From an uncultured delta proteobacterium (lineage in GTDB: Bacteria > Desulfobacterota > Binatia > Binatales > Binataceae), in assembly GCA_963842085.1 (NCBI GenBank), contig CAWJET010000001.1, positions 2,368,001 through 2,432,000 on the forward strand: DNA of 64,000 bases, in the 5' to 3' direction. Under the pieces are notes generated by a model that worked only from the letters and a program-made list of their open reading frames with translations, ran no database searches and was not told the DNA's origin. Positions 41,942-52,781 of the stretch are shown here, one piece after another (the first letter of the stretch is position 1; every line of letters begins with the position of its first letter). The translations under genes were made by a program, and so were the position numbers.

Positions 41942-43070
41942 CTAGCTCGGTACGGTGTCGGCGTCGCCTTTGCGCACGCCCATCAGGTAGGCCTGGATAA
42001 ACTCGTCGATAGCGCCGTCGAGCACCGCGCCGGTGTTGCCAACCTCGACGCCGGTGCGATGGTCCTTGACCATCTGATACGGCTGCAGCACGTACGAGCG
42101 AATTTGGCTGCCCCAGGCGATATCTTTTTTGTCCTTGCTGAACTTCTCGAGCTCTTCTTTTTTCTTGCGCTGCTCGAGCTCGAACAGCCGCGCGCGCAAG
42201 ATCTTCATCGCCATCGCGCGGTTCTTGTGCTGCGAGCGTTCATTCTGACAGGTCACGACGATGCCGGTCGGGATATGCGTGAAGCGCACGGCCGAGTCGG
42301 TCTTGTTGACGTGCTGCCCGCCCGCCCCCGACGCGCGGAACGTATCGATTCTCAAATCGGCGGGATTGATGGTTATCTCGACCTTGTCGTCAACCGCCGG
42401 AAACACGAAGACCGACGCGAACGACGTATGACGCCGAGCATTCGAGTCATACGGCGAGATTCGCACCAGCCGATGTATCCCGGCCTCGGCCTTCAGGTAC
42501 CCGTACGCGAAATCGCCCTCGACCGTGACAGTTGCGCTCTTGATTCCCGCGCCGTCGCCCGGCTGCAGGTCCGCAATCTCGGTCTTGAAGCCGCGCCGCT
42601 CGGCCCATCGCAGATAGAGGCGTAGCAGCATCTCGGCCCAGTCCTGCGCCTCCATTCCGCCGGCGCCGGGATGTATCGAAACGATCGCGCCGAGGCGATC
42701 GTACTCGCCGCTGAGCATCAGGCGCAGTTCCTGGCGCTCGAGCTCGGCGCGCGACGCCTCCAGCGCGGCCGCGGTCTCACGCGCAGCTTCGGAATCGTCG
42801 GCGCCTTCTTCTTCGGCCATCTGCAGGAACACGCGCGCCTCGTCAAGCTTGTCGCGCAGCATCTTGTAGCCCGCGAGCTGAGCGCGAATCTGTTCCTGCT
42901 CCTTGAGCGCGGCCTGCGCGGTTTCCTGGCGATCCCAGAAGTCGGGCTTGGCGGATTGTTCGACGAGTTGGTTCTGGCGGGCGGTCAGTGCGGGGACGTC
43001 AAAGACGCCTCCCGAGCTTTTCGGCGCGGTCATCAAACTCGGAAAGCTGCTGTTTCATGTCGCTGAGCAT
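41942..43070 (-). CDS. prfB: Peptide chain release factor 2 with programmed +1 frameshift
   Basis: MLSDMKQQ...GRRL then CTT TGA C; GGQ motif; SPY at the SPF position. Confidence 0.96.
42998..43013 (-). promoter_or_regulatory. prfB frameshift signal
   Basis: GGGAGG-CGT-CTTTGAC: internal Shine-Dalgarno plus slippery CUU UGA C. Confidence 0.95.
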
Positions 43071-43139
43071 CAGGAGTCACACCTCACACCGGCATTCGCC
43101 GGCGACGTCCGGTAATTATGTCACGAAGCAGCATGCGGA

Positions 43140-44759
43140 TTAATGGGGGCGGCCGTTGGCCGGCAACCGGCGCGAGCGAACCGCCGCAACTTCAACCGGC
43201 GCCGAGCGCGGCCACTGCCACGCGAGGATCAGGCCAATCGCCGTCAGCGCGAAGCAAATCTCCGCGAACAAATCGCCCACGATCGTGTACAGCGTCCGCA
43301 CCGGCCGCCACGACACGTCCACGAGCACCGTGTCCCGCTTGAACAGCGGCGTGCGATGCGTGATTTGTCCCGACGGCTGGATCAACGTGCTGATTCCCGT
43401 ATTCGCCACCCGCACCATCGGGACTTTCGTCTCGACCGAGCGCATCGCCGCCATCGCGAGCACCTGGTAGGGCGCCGAACTCTCGCCGTACCAGGCGTCG
43501 TTGGTGATGTTCACGAGCACGTCGGCGCCCTCGTTCACTTCGCGCCGGGTGAGATCGGGGAAGATACTTTCGTAGCAGATCAAGATTCCGAGCTTCGCGC
43601 CTTTGACGTTGAACAGCGTCTGCTCTTTGCCGGGAATCATATCGCCGAAGCCCTGCACGATACGGTTGACGAAGTAGCCGAGGATCGAGCGTGCCGGAAC
43701 GTACTCGCCGAATGGCACCAGCTCGATCTTGTCGTAATGCGCCTCCACTTCGCCCTCGGCGGAGACGAGATACGCCCGGTTGTAGAATCCCAGGAGTCCA
43801 TCCTCGCGTCCCAGCGCCGGCGCGCCGAACAACAGCGGCTCGCCGATATTGTGCGCCAGCGTGAGCAGCGCGGCGCGATAGGCGGCGTCAGTTGCCAGCG
43901 CGGCGGGATATTGATCGTCGGGCTGGAACAGGAAGGCCGCCGCCGCCTCCGGCCAGACGACCAGGTCGGCGCCGCGCTTCGCCGCGTCCACGGTTTCGTC
44001 CTGGTAAACCTTGTAACTCTGCGGCAGGAAATTCGGATCCCACTTGAGCGATTGCGGAATGTTGCCCTGCACCATCGCGACCTTGAAGCTGCCCGCGCTC
44101 GGCGCATTCTTGAGATTGTTGATTCGCCACGCGCCAAACGCGACCAGCGCGATCATCATCGCGGTGAGTGCGCTCAGGCTGACTGTCTGCAGGCGATAAC
44201 CGCCGCGGCGGGAAATCACGACGTACACCACCGCGTTGAAAAACACTATCAGCGCCGAAACGCCGTAAACGCCGGTGAACTCGGCGAACTGGATCAATTC
44301 CAGATTGCGGTACGCCGTGTAGCCGAGCAGATTCCACGGGAAACCGATCGGGAAGTAGGTGCGAATCCATTCGAGTGCGGTCCACGCGACCGGCATCGTG
44401 AGCACGGCCGGAATTCGCGTCCGCCGCGCGGCGAATTCACCCGCCCAAATCGCAACCGCCGTGTTAACCGCGACGATACCCGCCAGCAGCAGCATCGGGA
44501 AGATCGCGAGACTCATTCGCACGTCGGCGAAGTCGTGCAGCGGAATCGGAATCCAGTAGAGCTCGACGACGTTCGCGGCGAAGCCTTGCAGGTAGGCCCA
44601 CCCGAACACGCGCCGCATGCTTTCGCCTTCGATCACGTAGAACAGCGGCACGAACGCGACCCACGCCAGCAGTCCGTAATCGAATTTCGGAAATGCCAGC
44701 CCCAGCGCAAGGCCGCTGGCTACGGCGAGCGCCGCGCGCGATGCGTTGTTCGACGACAT
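43140..44759 (-). CDS. lnt: Apolipoprotein N-acyltransferase
   Basis: GFPW, VQGNI, WPEAA, YDK..LVPFGEY, ICYE, NITNDAWY. Confidence 0.95.
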   Translation of the reverse strand: MSSNNASRAALAVASGLALGLAFPKFDYGLLAWVAFVPLFYVIEGESMRRVFGWAYLQGFAANVVELYWIPIPLHDFADVRMSLAIFPMLLLAGIVAVNTAVAIWAGEFAARRTRIPAVLTMPVAWTALEWIRTYFPIGFPWNLLGYTAYRNLELIQFAEFTGVYGVSALIVFFNAVVYVVISRRGGYRLQTVSLSALTAMMIALVAFGAWRINNLKNAPSAGSFKVAMVQGNIPQSLKWDPNFLPQSYKVYQDETVDAAKRGADLVVWPEAAAAFLFQPDDQYPAALATDAAYRAALLTLAHNIGEPLLFGAPALGREDGLLGFYNRAYLVSAEGEVEAHYDKIELVPFGEYVPARSILGYFVNRIVQGFGDMIPGKEQTLFNVKGAKLGILICYESIFPDLTRREVNEGADVLVNITNDAWYGESSAPYQVLAMAAMRSVETKVPMVRVANTGISTLIQPSGQITHRTPLFKRDTVLVDVSWRPVRTLYTIVGDLFAEICFALTAIGLILAWQWPRSAPVEVAAVRSRRLPANGRPH

Positions 44760-44761
44760 CG

Positions 44762-45316
44762 TCAGGCGGCGGCGCCAAACATCTCGGCGATCGGAATCAC
44801 GCCGGCGCACGGCGGCAGGCCATTGAAGCGCTCGAAAATCTCGTCCACATCCTTCCAGCTTTCGACCAGCGCGGCCGCCAGCGGAGGCTCGAATGGGAGG
44901 TCGCCCACCGTGCGCCATTCGCGCTCGAAGCTCCAGTCGACCGGCGGAGTCTTGTCGATTTCAAGAGACACCACACGCCAACTCTCTTCCGGCGCGAGGA
45001 TTTTTTCCGCCTCGCGCCATGGCAGGTAAATCACAGGCCGCGCACCCATCGTGAAAGCATACCGCTTGTCGACCGCGATCCCGAATGGTTCATAGCGGCG
45101 GCGATTGCGCCGGTTGAGGATCGTGCGAAGTTCCGCGATCGGCACGTCGAACATGCAAACCGCAGGGCGCGCGCCGCGGACCATCCGGCTGCCGCCGCGA
45201 ATCACGCCATCCCTGAGAATCGCCACCAGGTTGTCCAGCGCAGTGGCGGAGCCCGAGGCGCGCGTGAAATGCGTCAGCATCGCGACGGCGGGAATCCTGG
45301 CGGGCGCGCGTTTCAT
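44762..45316 (-). CDS. Hypothetical protein resembling the AbiGi/DUF2743 ADP-ribosyltransferase-like fold
   Basis: LTHFT, LVAILRDG, AVCMFDVP, FGIAVDK, GARPVIY, EREWR. Confidence 0.65.
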   Translation of the reverse strand: MKRAPARIPAVAMLTHFTRASGSATALDNLVAILRDGVIRGGSRMVRGARPAVCMFDVPIAELRTILNRRNRRRYEPFGIAVDKRYAFTMGARPVIYLPWREAEKILAPEESWRVVSLEIDKTPPVDWSFEREWRTVGDLPFEPPLAAALVESWKDVDEIFERFNGLPPCAGVIPIAEMFGAAA

Positions 45317-45800
45317 CGCGACGATACTCGCCTTTCATCGAGCTTCGCTGCCAGCGTTCGCTCGCGCGCAAACATTCGCCGCGCGTCGGAGGCCGAGCGT
45401 TCGTGGTCGTAGCCGATCAGATGCAGAAAGCCGTGAATCAGGAGCCGGCGCAGTCGCGACGACGGGCTCACGCGCAATTCGCGCGCCTGCCGGATTGCGC
45501 TGTCGATCGAGATCACCACGTCGCCGACCGGAAGTCCCGGACTATTCTTCACACTGCGAGGGTCCAATGGCGCGGCGCCGGCTTGCTCGATTTGCGAGAA
45601 GGAAAGAACGTCGGTGGGCGCGTCGATTCCCCGGAAGTCGCGATTCAGCCGGCGCATCGCGCGATCTGTCGTGAGCGTGAGCGACAATTCGCACTCCGCC
45701 AGACCCGCCGCGCGCATCAGCCGGTCCGCATCAGCGCAAAGCCCGCGCGCGTAGCCACGGCCGCGCGCCGTCGCGCATCGGAACTCGACCGCCACGCGCT

Positions 45801-45804
<4 letters not shown>
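45313..45804 (-). CDS. ybeY: rRNA maturation RNase YbeY
   Basis: LNRDFRG...TDVLSF, GDVVIS, HGFLHLIGYDH. Confidence 0.95.
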
Positions 45805-46814
<1,010 letters not shown>

Positions 46815-46931
46815 CGCCGGGGCCTCTTGAGGTACTGATTTCGTGTCCGTCGCCCGCCGGCCAGCAGTCGTTCAATCACCGGCGACGCTAATCGTAATCA
46901 TTTCGCCGGGCGTATGAAAGTGCCCGAAAAG

Positions 46932-49592
46932 CTAGTGCACCAGAGACGCGACTTTGGACAGGGCTTCGTCGAGCTTCGAGGCGTCGCGGCCGCCGGCCTG
47001 GGCCAGGTCGGGGCGGCCGCCGCCGGTGCCGCCGACGATCGGCGCGATATTCTTGATGATGTCGCCGGCTTTGATTTGCGCCGTCAGGTCAGGCGTCACT
47101 GCGACCAGCAGCGCGACCTTGCCGTCGCCGAGGTCGGAGCCGAGAGCGACCACGGCAGAGCCGTGCTTCTGGCGCATCCGATCCGCCATCTCGCGCATGG
47201 TGCGCGGATCGACGCCGTCGAGCTTGCGCGTCACGATCTTTACGCCGCCGGCCTCGCGCACTTGTTCCTCGGCCGCCGCGCCGCCGGCGCCTGCGGCGAG
47301 CTTTTGTTCCATCGCGCGCAGCTTCTTCTCCAGCTCTTTTTCGCGCGCTAGCAGTTTTTCCAGCCGCTCGACTGCGGCGCCGTCGCGCGCGCCGAGCTGC
47401 GCGCCAATCTCTTCGAGGATTCTCTCGCGCTTGCGAATCGTTTCGAGCGCGCCTTGTCCCGTCACCGCTTCGATTCTCCTCACTCCCGCAGCGACTCCCG
47501 ATTCCGCTTCGAGTTTGAACATCCCGACGTCGCCGGTACGCGAGATGTGCGTGCCGCCGCATAGCTCGACCGAAAAATCGCCCATCCTGACGACGCGTAC
47601 GCGGTCGCCGTACTTGTCGCCGAAAAATGCGAGCGCGCCGGCCTTGATCGCGTCGTCGTAGGCCATTTCCTCGACCGTCACTTCGGCGTTCTCCCGGATG
47701 CGCGCGTTGATCTCTTCCTCGATGGTCGCCAGCGCGTCGTCCTTGACCGGCCCCTGATGCGCGAAGTCGAAGCGCAGCTTGTCGGGATCGACCAGCGAGC
47801 CCGCCTGATGCACCGAACTACCCAGCACGTCGCGCAATGCGTAGTGCAGGATGTGTGTCGCGGAATGATTGAGCATCGCGGCGTCGCGCCTGAGACGGTC
47901 AATTTTGAGTTTGACGCGCGCGCCGCGTGCGAAGTCGCCGGCCTCGCCACGCAGAATTCGCCCCAGGTGAACGATAGAGCCTTCAGCCTTGCGCGTGTCC
48001 GACACTTCGAGAATCGCGCCCGACGCGGTCTCGATCACGCCGCGATCGCCGACCTGCCCGCCGCCCTCGGGATAGAAGGGAGTCTCCGCGACGACGACCG
48101 CTACGTGCTCGGCGTCCTTGCCGCCGGCCGCGAGCACTTCGGACTCGCCCTCGTAGCGGTGATAGCCGACGAAGCGCGAGGCAGTCCCGGTGCCGAGGCT
48201 GATCTCCGGTGCGACGGCGTCATCTTTGCGGGCAGCGCGTCCGCGCTCCTTCTGCTCGTCCATCAGCCGGTTGAAGCCGGCGACATCGACCGTGAAACCG
48301 TCCTCGCGAAGAATGTCCTCCGTTAGGTCAAGTGGGAAGCCGTAGGTGTCGTAGAGCTTGAAGGCTGCTTCAGCGGAAAGCGCATGATGCCCAAGAACTC
48401 GCAACTGCTTACGCGCGCCGTCCAGCAACGAAAGCCCACGGTCAAGCGTCTCCGAGAATCGTCGCTCTTCCAGATCGACCTGTTCGCCGATCCTGATACC
48501 CTCTATACGGAGCTCTGGGTAAAAAGAACCCATGGTTTCGACGACTCGGCCGCATACACCCTCCAAGAAGGGCTCGTGAATTCCCAATCGGCGTCCGTGT
48601 CGGACAGCGCGACGGATTATTCTCCGCAGCACGTATTCGCGATCCGTATTGCCGGGAACAATACCCTCGGCAAGCAAAAAACTTATTGCGCGAGCGTGGT
48701 CCGCTATAGCTCGGAAAGAAACGTCGGTGTCGGCGCTTTGCCCATATCGTGCGCGATTGCCAACAACTCGCGCGGCTTCCTGGATATTAGAGATAATGTC
48801 CCGGAACAGATCAATTTCGTAGTTGCCGAGGATCCTGCCTGTCTCGATGCTCTGCAGGGCCGCCGCAATGCGCTCGAGCCCTGAGCCGGTATCGACGTGC
48901 TTCTTCGGCAGCGGAGTCAGCGCGCCCGACGCGTCGCGGTTGTACTGGATGAAAACCAGGTTGGCGATCTCGATGAAGCGCTCGCATCCGTCGACGTTCA
49001 CAAAACATTTCTGCCCCGGATGATTTCTTTCAGGCTGGCATGCGGCTTCGCCGCGGTCGATGCTGATTTCCGAGTTCGGGCCGCTCGGCCCCGTCTCGGC
49101 CATCTCCCAGAAATTATCCTTGTCGCCGAATTGCAGAATCCGCTCGCGCGGCAGCACTCCCATCTTCAGCCAGATGTCCTCGGACTCCTTGTCGTCCTTG
49201 TGGACCGTCGCGTAGAGCAGCTTTGGATCGATTTCCCAGACCTTGGTGATCAGCTCCCAATGCCACCGAATCGCTTCTTCCTTGTAATAGTCGCCAAAAG
49301 ACCAGTTGCCGAGCATCTCGAAAAAAGTGTGATGGTAAGTGTCGCGGCCGACCGCTTCGAGATCGTTATGCTTGCCCGATATGCGCAGGCATTTCTGACA
49401 ATCTGCGACGCGCACGTGCTGAGGAGAGCGCACGCCCAGGAAATAATCCTTGAACTGCACCATCCCGGCGTTGGTGAAGAGGAGCGTGGGGTCGCCCTTG
49501 GGAATCAGCGGCGCCGACGGCACGATCGTATGACCGCGCTCGGCGAAGAAATCGAGAAACGATTGGCGGATTTTTGCAGTAGTCCAGCGCAT
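46932..49592 (-). CDS. alaS: Alanine--tRNA ligase
   Basis: FTNAGMVQFK, HHTFFEMLGN, DTGSGLER, LYDTYGFP, HSATH, ELCGGTH, GGGRP..AQAGG. Confidence 0.98.
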   Translation of the reverse strand: MRWTTAKIRQSFLDFFAERGHTIVPSAPLIPKGDPTLLFTNAGMVQFKDYFLGVRSPQHVRVADCQKCLRISGKHNDLEAVGRDTYHHTFFEMLGNWSFGDYYKEEAIRWHWELITKVWEIDPKLLYATVHKDDKESEDIWLKMGVLPRERILQFGDKDNFWEMAETGPSGPNSEISIDRGEAACQPERNHPGQKCFVNVDGCERFIEIANLVFIQYNRDASGALTPLPKKHVDTGSGLERIAAALQSIETGRILGNYEIDLFRDIISNIQEAARVVGNRARYGQSADTDVSFRAIADHARAISFLLAEGIVPGNTDREYVLRRIIRRAVRHGRRLGIHEPFLEGVCGRVVETMGSFYPELRIEGIRIGEQVDLEERRFSETLDRGLSLLDGARKQLRVLGHHALSAEAAFKLYDTYGFPLDLTEDILREDGFTVDVAGFNRLMDEQKERGRAARKDDAVAPEISLGTGTASRFVGYHRYEGESEVLAAGGKDAEHVAVVVAETPFYPEGGGQVGDRGVIETASGAILEVSDTRKAEGSIVHLGRILRGEAGDFARGARVKLKIDRLRRDAAMLNHSATHILHYALRDVLGSSVHQAGSLVDPDKLRFDFAHQGPVKDDALATIEEEINARIRENAEVTVEEMAYDDAIKAGALAFFGDKYGDRVRVVRMGDFSVELCGGTHISRTGDVGMFKLEAESGVAAGVRRIEAVTGQGALETIRKRERILEEIGAQLGARDGAAVERLEKLLAREKELEKKLRAMEQKLAAGAGGAAAEEQVREAGGVKIVTRKLDGVDPRTMREMADRMRQKHGSAVVALGSDLGDGKVALLVAVTPDLTAQIKAGDIIKNIAPIVGGTGGGRPDLAQAGGRDASKLDEALSKVASLVH

Positions 49593-49637
49593 CAAGATCT
49601 GATTGTAGCCGGGGAAGGGTAAATCACTCAATTGAAC

Positions 49638-49710
49638 GCGGAACCCAGTGTGGGTTCCGCACCTCCTTGGGCGGGGGTGATCACCCCCTGCGCGTCCCCT
49701 GCACCCGGTG
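49638..49710. repeat. Two-hairpin repeat, copy 1
   Basis: GCGGAACCCA-GTG-TGGGTTCCGC ACCTCCTTGGGC GGGGGTGATCACCCCC ... CCCCTGCACCCGGTG. Confidence 0.8.
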
Positions 49711-49772
49711 GAGCAGGGTTTGGCCTGCGGGGAGCGGTTGGCCCAACGCTAAGCGTCGGACAAACTGGATGG

Positions 49773-50753
49773 ATGGACATCACTATCGACGCGCCCACCG
49801 GCACCCGGGAGAAGTTCTCCTTCACCGATTTTTTTCTTTCTCATAAAGGCGATCTGACGCTCGCTTTTTCGGCCTTGGTGTATCTCGTGAGCCTCGCCGC
49901 CCTGATGTTCACGCGTTGGCGGAGCTCGTCCGAGATTGCGGTCTCGATGGCGGAGGCGGCGCTGATCGGCGGCCTGTGCGATTACATCGCGCTCAAGATG
50001 ATCTTCGAGCGGCGATGGTACCTGCCCAACTCCGGCGTGCTGCCGCGCAATCGGGTCAAGCTGATCGACGGAATCGCCGCCACGATAGAGAACGAATGGC
50101 TCACGCCTCAGATGATCGGGCGCAAGCTCGGCGAGATGGATCTCGTCGGACGCCTCGGCACGTATCTGCAGGAGCTGAAGTTGAACGATGTGCTGGGGCA
50201 GGCCGGGCTCGAGCGAATAATCAGCCAGGCCATCGATTACCTCGATTCACCCGAGAAACGCGAGCGCCTTGAAAAAGTCCTCAAGCGGATGCTGCCGAAG
50301 ACGGTCACGCGAATCTACGCGGTGATGAGCCGGTTCGGCGCGGAGTCGATCGGCGCGCGGATCGCGGCTAACTTGCGCAAGCGGCTGCCCGAGCTGCAGA
50401 ACGATCCCGAGCTGCGTGACACGATCGAAAGCGCGATTCACGAGTTCGGGGCTCAACTTCACGATCCCGAGAGCTACGCGAATCAATTTGCGCAGCGATT
50501 GATAGACAACCTGGTGCGCAGGACGGTCGAAGCAAGCCGCGGGCAGATCACGCAGATGGTGCGGGAGAACCTGGCGCGGCTGTCCGACGATCAGATCAGG
50601 ATTCAGATTGAATCGAAGACGCGCACGCATCTGGACTGGATTCGCGTCAACGGCGGCCTGTTCGGCGCGTTCTTCGGCCTGCTGTTCGCGCTATCGCGAA
50701 TCCTGTCGCACAACGGCCCCGCAATCCTCGCGCATTTTCACATCGCGATGTGA
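49773..50753 (+). CDS. DUF445 family membrane protein
   Basis: AEAALIGGLCDYIALKMIF, GVLPRNR, LDWIRVNGGLFG. Confidence 0.85.
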   Translation: MDITIDAPTGTREKFSFTDFFLSHKGDLTLAFSALVYLVSLAALMFTRWRSSSEIAVSMAEAALIGGLCDYIALKMIFERRWYLPNSGVLPRNRVKLIDGIAATIENEWLTPQMIGRKLGEMDLVGRLGTYLQELKLNDVLGQAGLERIISQAIDYLDSPEKRERLEKVLKRMLPKTVTRIYAVMSRFGAESIGARIAANLRKRLPELQNDPELRDTIESAIHEFGAQLHDPESYANQFAQRLIDNLVRRTVEASRGQITQMVRENLARLSDDQIRIQIESKTRTHLDWIRVNGGLFGAFFGLLFALSRILSHNGPAILAHFHIAM

Positions 50754-50768
50754 GCGGAACTAATCGTA

Positions 50769-50826
50769 GTGAAACCCCACCTGGGTTTCACACTTCCTTG
50801 GGCAGGGGTGACCCCTGCACCCGGTG
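50769..50826. repeat. Two-hairpin repeat, copy 2
   Basis: GTGAAACCC-CACCT-GGGTTTCAC ACTTCCTTGG GCAGGGG-TGA-CCCCTGC ACCCGGTG. Confidence 0.8.
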
Positions 50827-50886
50827 TTAAAAGAAAGATGCCGGACTTCGTCCCTGTTAGAACTTATTGCGGGATGTCGTCAGACG

Positions 50887-51957
50887 TCAGCCTTTTTTCT
50901 TTGGCGATTGCGCCGGCGGCTGTTCCGGCTCCTCGATTGCCGCGTCGGCCGGCAGCGCGACCGGCCTGGCCGCGAGCTTCTCACGCACCTTGGTTTCGAT
51001 CTCGTCGGCCAGCTTCGGATTCGCCTTGAGCAAGTCGCGCGCGTTCTCTCGTCCCTGCCCGATCCGCTCGCCGTTGTACGAGTACCAGGCGCCAAGCTTC
51101 TCGATGATACCGTGCTCGCTCGCCAGATCGACCAGCTCGCCTTCCTTCGAGATCCCGGTGCCGTACAGGATGTCGAACTCGGCCTCGCGAAACGGCGGCG
51201 CGACCTTGTTCTTCACCACTTTGACCTTGGTGCGGGAGCCGATCACCTCGGTCGCGTTCTTGATCGTGCCGATGCGCCGGATGTCGATTCGCACCGACGA
51301 ATAAAACTTCAGCGCGTTACCGCCGGTGGTCGTTTCCGGATTCCCGAACATCACGCCAATCTTCATCCGGATCTGGTTGATGAAGATCACGATGGTGCGC
51401 GAGCGTGAGATGATCGACGTCAGCTTGCGCAGCGCCTGCGACATCAGGCGCGCCTGCAGGCCCATCTGCGGCTCGCCCATCTCGCCTTCGATTTCCGCGC
51501 GCGGCACCAGCGCCGCCACCGAGTCGATGACCAGCACGTCGATTGCGCCCGACTGCACCAGAGTCTCCGTGATCTCGAGTGCCTGCTCGCCGTTGTCCGG
51601 CTGCGAGATGAGCAGGTCCTCGACCTTGACGCCGAGCTTGCGCGCGTAGGCGGCGTCGAGCGCGTGTTCCGCGTCGATAAAGGCGCACGTGCCGCCCATC
51701 TTCTGCGCTTCCGCGATAACTTCCAGCGCCAGCGTCGTCTTGCCCGACGATTCCGGGCCGTAGATTTCGACCACGCGCCCGCGCGGCAATCCGCCCACGC
51801 CCAGCGCGATGTCGAGTCCGAGCGAGCCGGTCGGCACGACAGCGATATCGGCCGAAATCGCCTGCTCGCCGAGCTTCATGATCGAGCCCTTGCCGAACTG
51901 TTTCTCGATTTGGCTGAGCGCCAGGTCGAGCGCCTTACTTTTGATCTCTATCGCCAT
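50887..51957 (-). CDS. recA: Recombinase A
   Basis: [42 protein letters not shown]. Confidence 0.99.
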   Translation of the reverse strand: MAIEIKSKALDLALSQIEKQFGKGSIMKLGEQAISADIAVVPTGSLGLDIALGVGGLPRGRVVEIYGPESSGKTTLALEVIAEAQKMGGTCAFIDAEHALDAAYARKLGVKVEDLLISQPDNGEQALEITETLVQSGAIDVLVIDSVAALVPRAEIEGEMGEPQMGLQARLMSQALRKLTSIISRSRTIVIFINQIRMKIGVMFGNPETTTGGNALKFYSSVRIDIRRIGTIKNATEVIGSRTKVKVVKNKVAPPFREAEFDILYGTGISKEGELVDLASEHGIIEKLGAWYSYNGERIGQGRENARDLLKANPKLADEIETKVREKLAARPVALPADAAIEEPEQPPAQSPKKKG

Positions 51958-52111
51958 CGCTTGTGCTCACATGAGATTTGTTAATCGCGGTGCGAATCTT
52001 GCCACAAACTCGCCTCGATAGCTCTATCCGCGCCGGGGCTCGTGTCCACAGGGCTGTTGAGAAGACGCACGGGTGTTACGAAAAGAACAAAAAGACGGCG
52101 CTGCCGCAGTG

Positions 52112-52753
52112 CTAGCGCGACTGGAATAGAAATGTCGCGAGCGCTTCGTAGCTGGCGCCGTCGGGCCCGAGATGGCTGCGATAGAGCGTGATCGATTCGA
52201 TCTTCGAGACGCCGAACTCGCGGTCCCGCGCCGCATGCAACGCCTCGCGAGTTTTGCCCGCAATCGGCTTGTCGTTAAGCCGTCCGATAGTCAGATGCCC
52301 GCTCCAGCGCCGCTTCTCGCGCTCGAATCCGTAGTCTGCCGCTACAGTCTCCAATCGCGCGGCCAGCGCGGCGAGCACGCCTGATTCGACACTGTGCAAT
52401 CCCACCCAAATCGCGCGCGGATGCTCGAGGCCGGGAAATGCGCCGACTCCCGCGGCCGCGACCTCGAACGGCGCGGTCTTCATCGCGAGCTGACGAAGCC
52501 CTGCGGTGAGCCGCTGCAGTCGATGCGAATCCACGGCCGGCCCAAGAAACTTGAGCGTGATATGCAGATTTGCCCGCGGTACCCATCGCACGCCGTCTCC
52601 CGGATGCCGCAACTCGTCGAGGGTCTTCGCCACCGACTCCTCGACCTGCTCGCTCATCCGGATTGCGACGAACGCGCGCACTCCTTTGGCTTCGCGATCT
52701 CCGAGGTCGTCGCGCGGGTCCGTTCGTGCCTGACTTTCCGCCCAATGTGTCAT
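52112..52753 (-). CDS. thpR: RNA 2',3'-cyclic phosphodiesterase
   Basis: RAFVAI, HITLKFLG and HLTIGR (two HxT motifs); upstream of recA; start uncertain. Confidence 0.92.
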   Translation of the reverse strand: MTHWAESQARTDPRDDLGDREAKGVRAFVAIRMSEQVEESVAKTLDELRHPGDGVRWVPRANLHITLKFLGPAVDSHRLQRLTAGLRQLAMKTAPFEVAAAGVGAFPGLEHPRAIWVGLHSVESGVLAALAARLETVAADYGFEREKRRWSGHLTIGRLNDKPIAGKTREALHAARDREFGVSKIESITLYRSHLGPDGASYEALATFLFQSR

Positions 52754-52781
52754 CGACCGTGATTGAACCGCTGCGCCCTGA

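Noticed and set aside
42998-43070. In-frame stop near the start of prfB
   Set aside because: This is the well-known RF2 autoregulatory +1 frameshift; it is neither a pseudogene nor novel.
48384-48884. 166 aa antisense ORF over the anomalous alaS block
   Set aside because: It is in codon register with alaS, the mirror frame that is often open in GC-rich genes, and has no recognisable motif or RBS.
52074-52089. TGTT-N8-AACA palindrome upstream of recA as an SOS box
   Set aside because: It does not match a LexA consensus I can name with confidence and occurs once; comparative data are needed.
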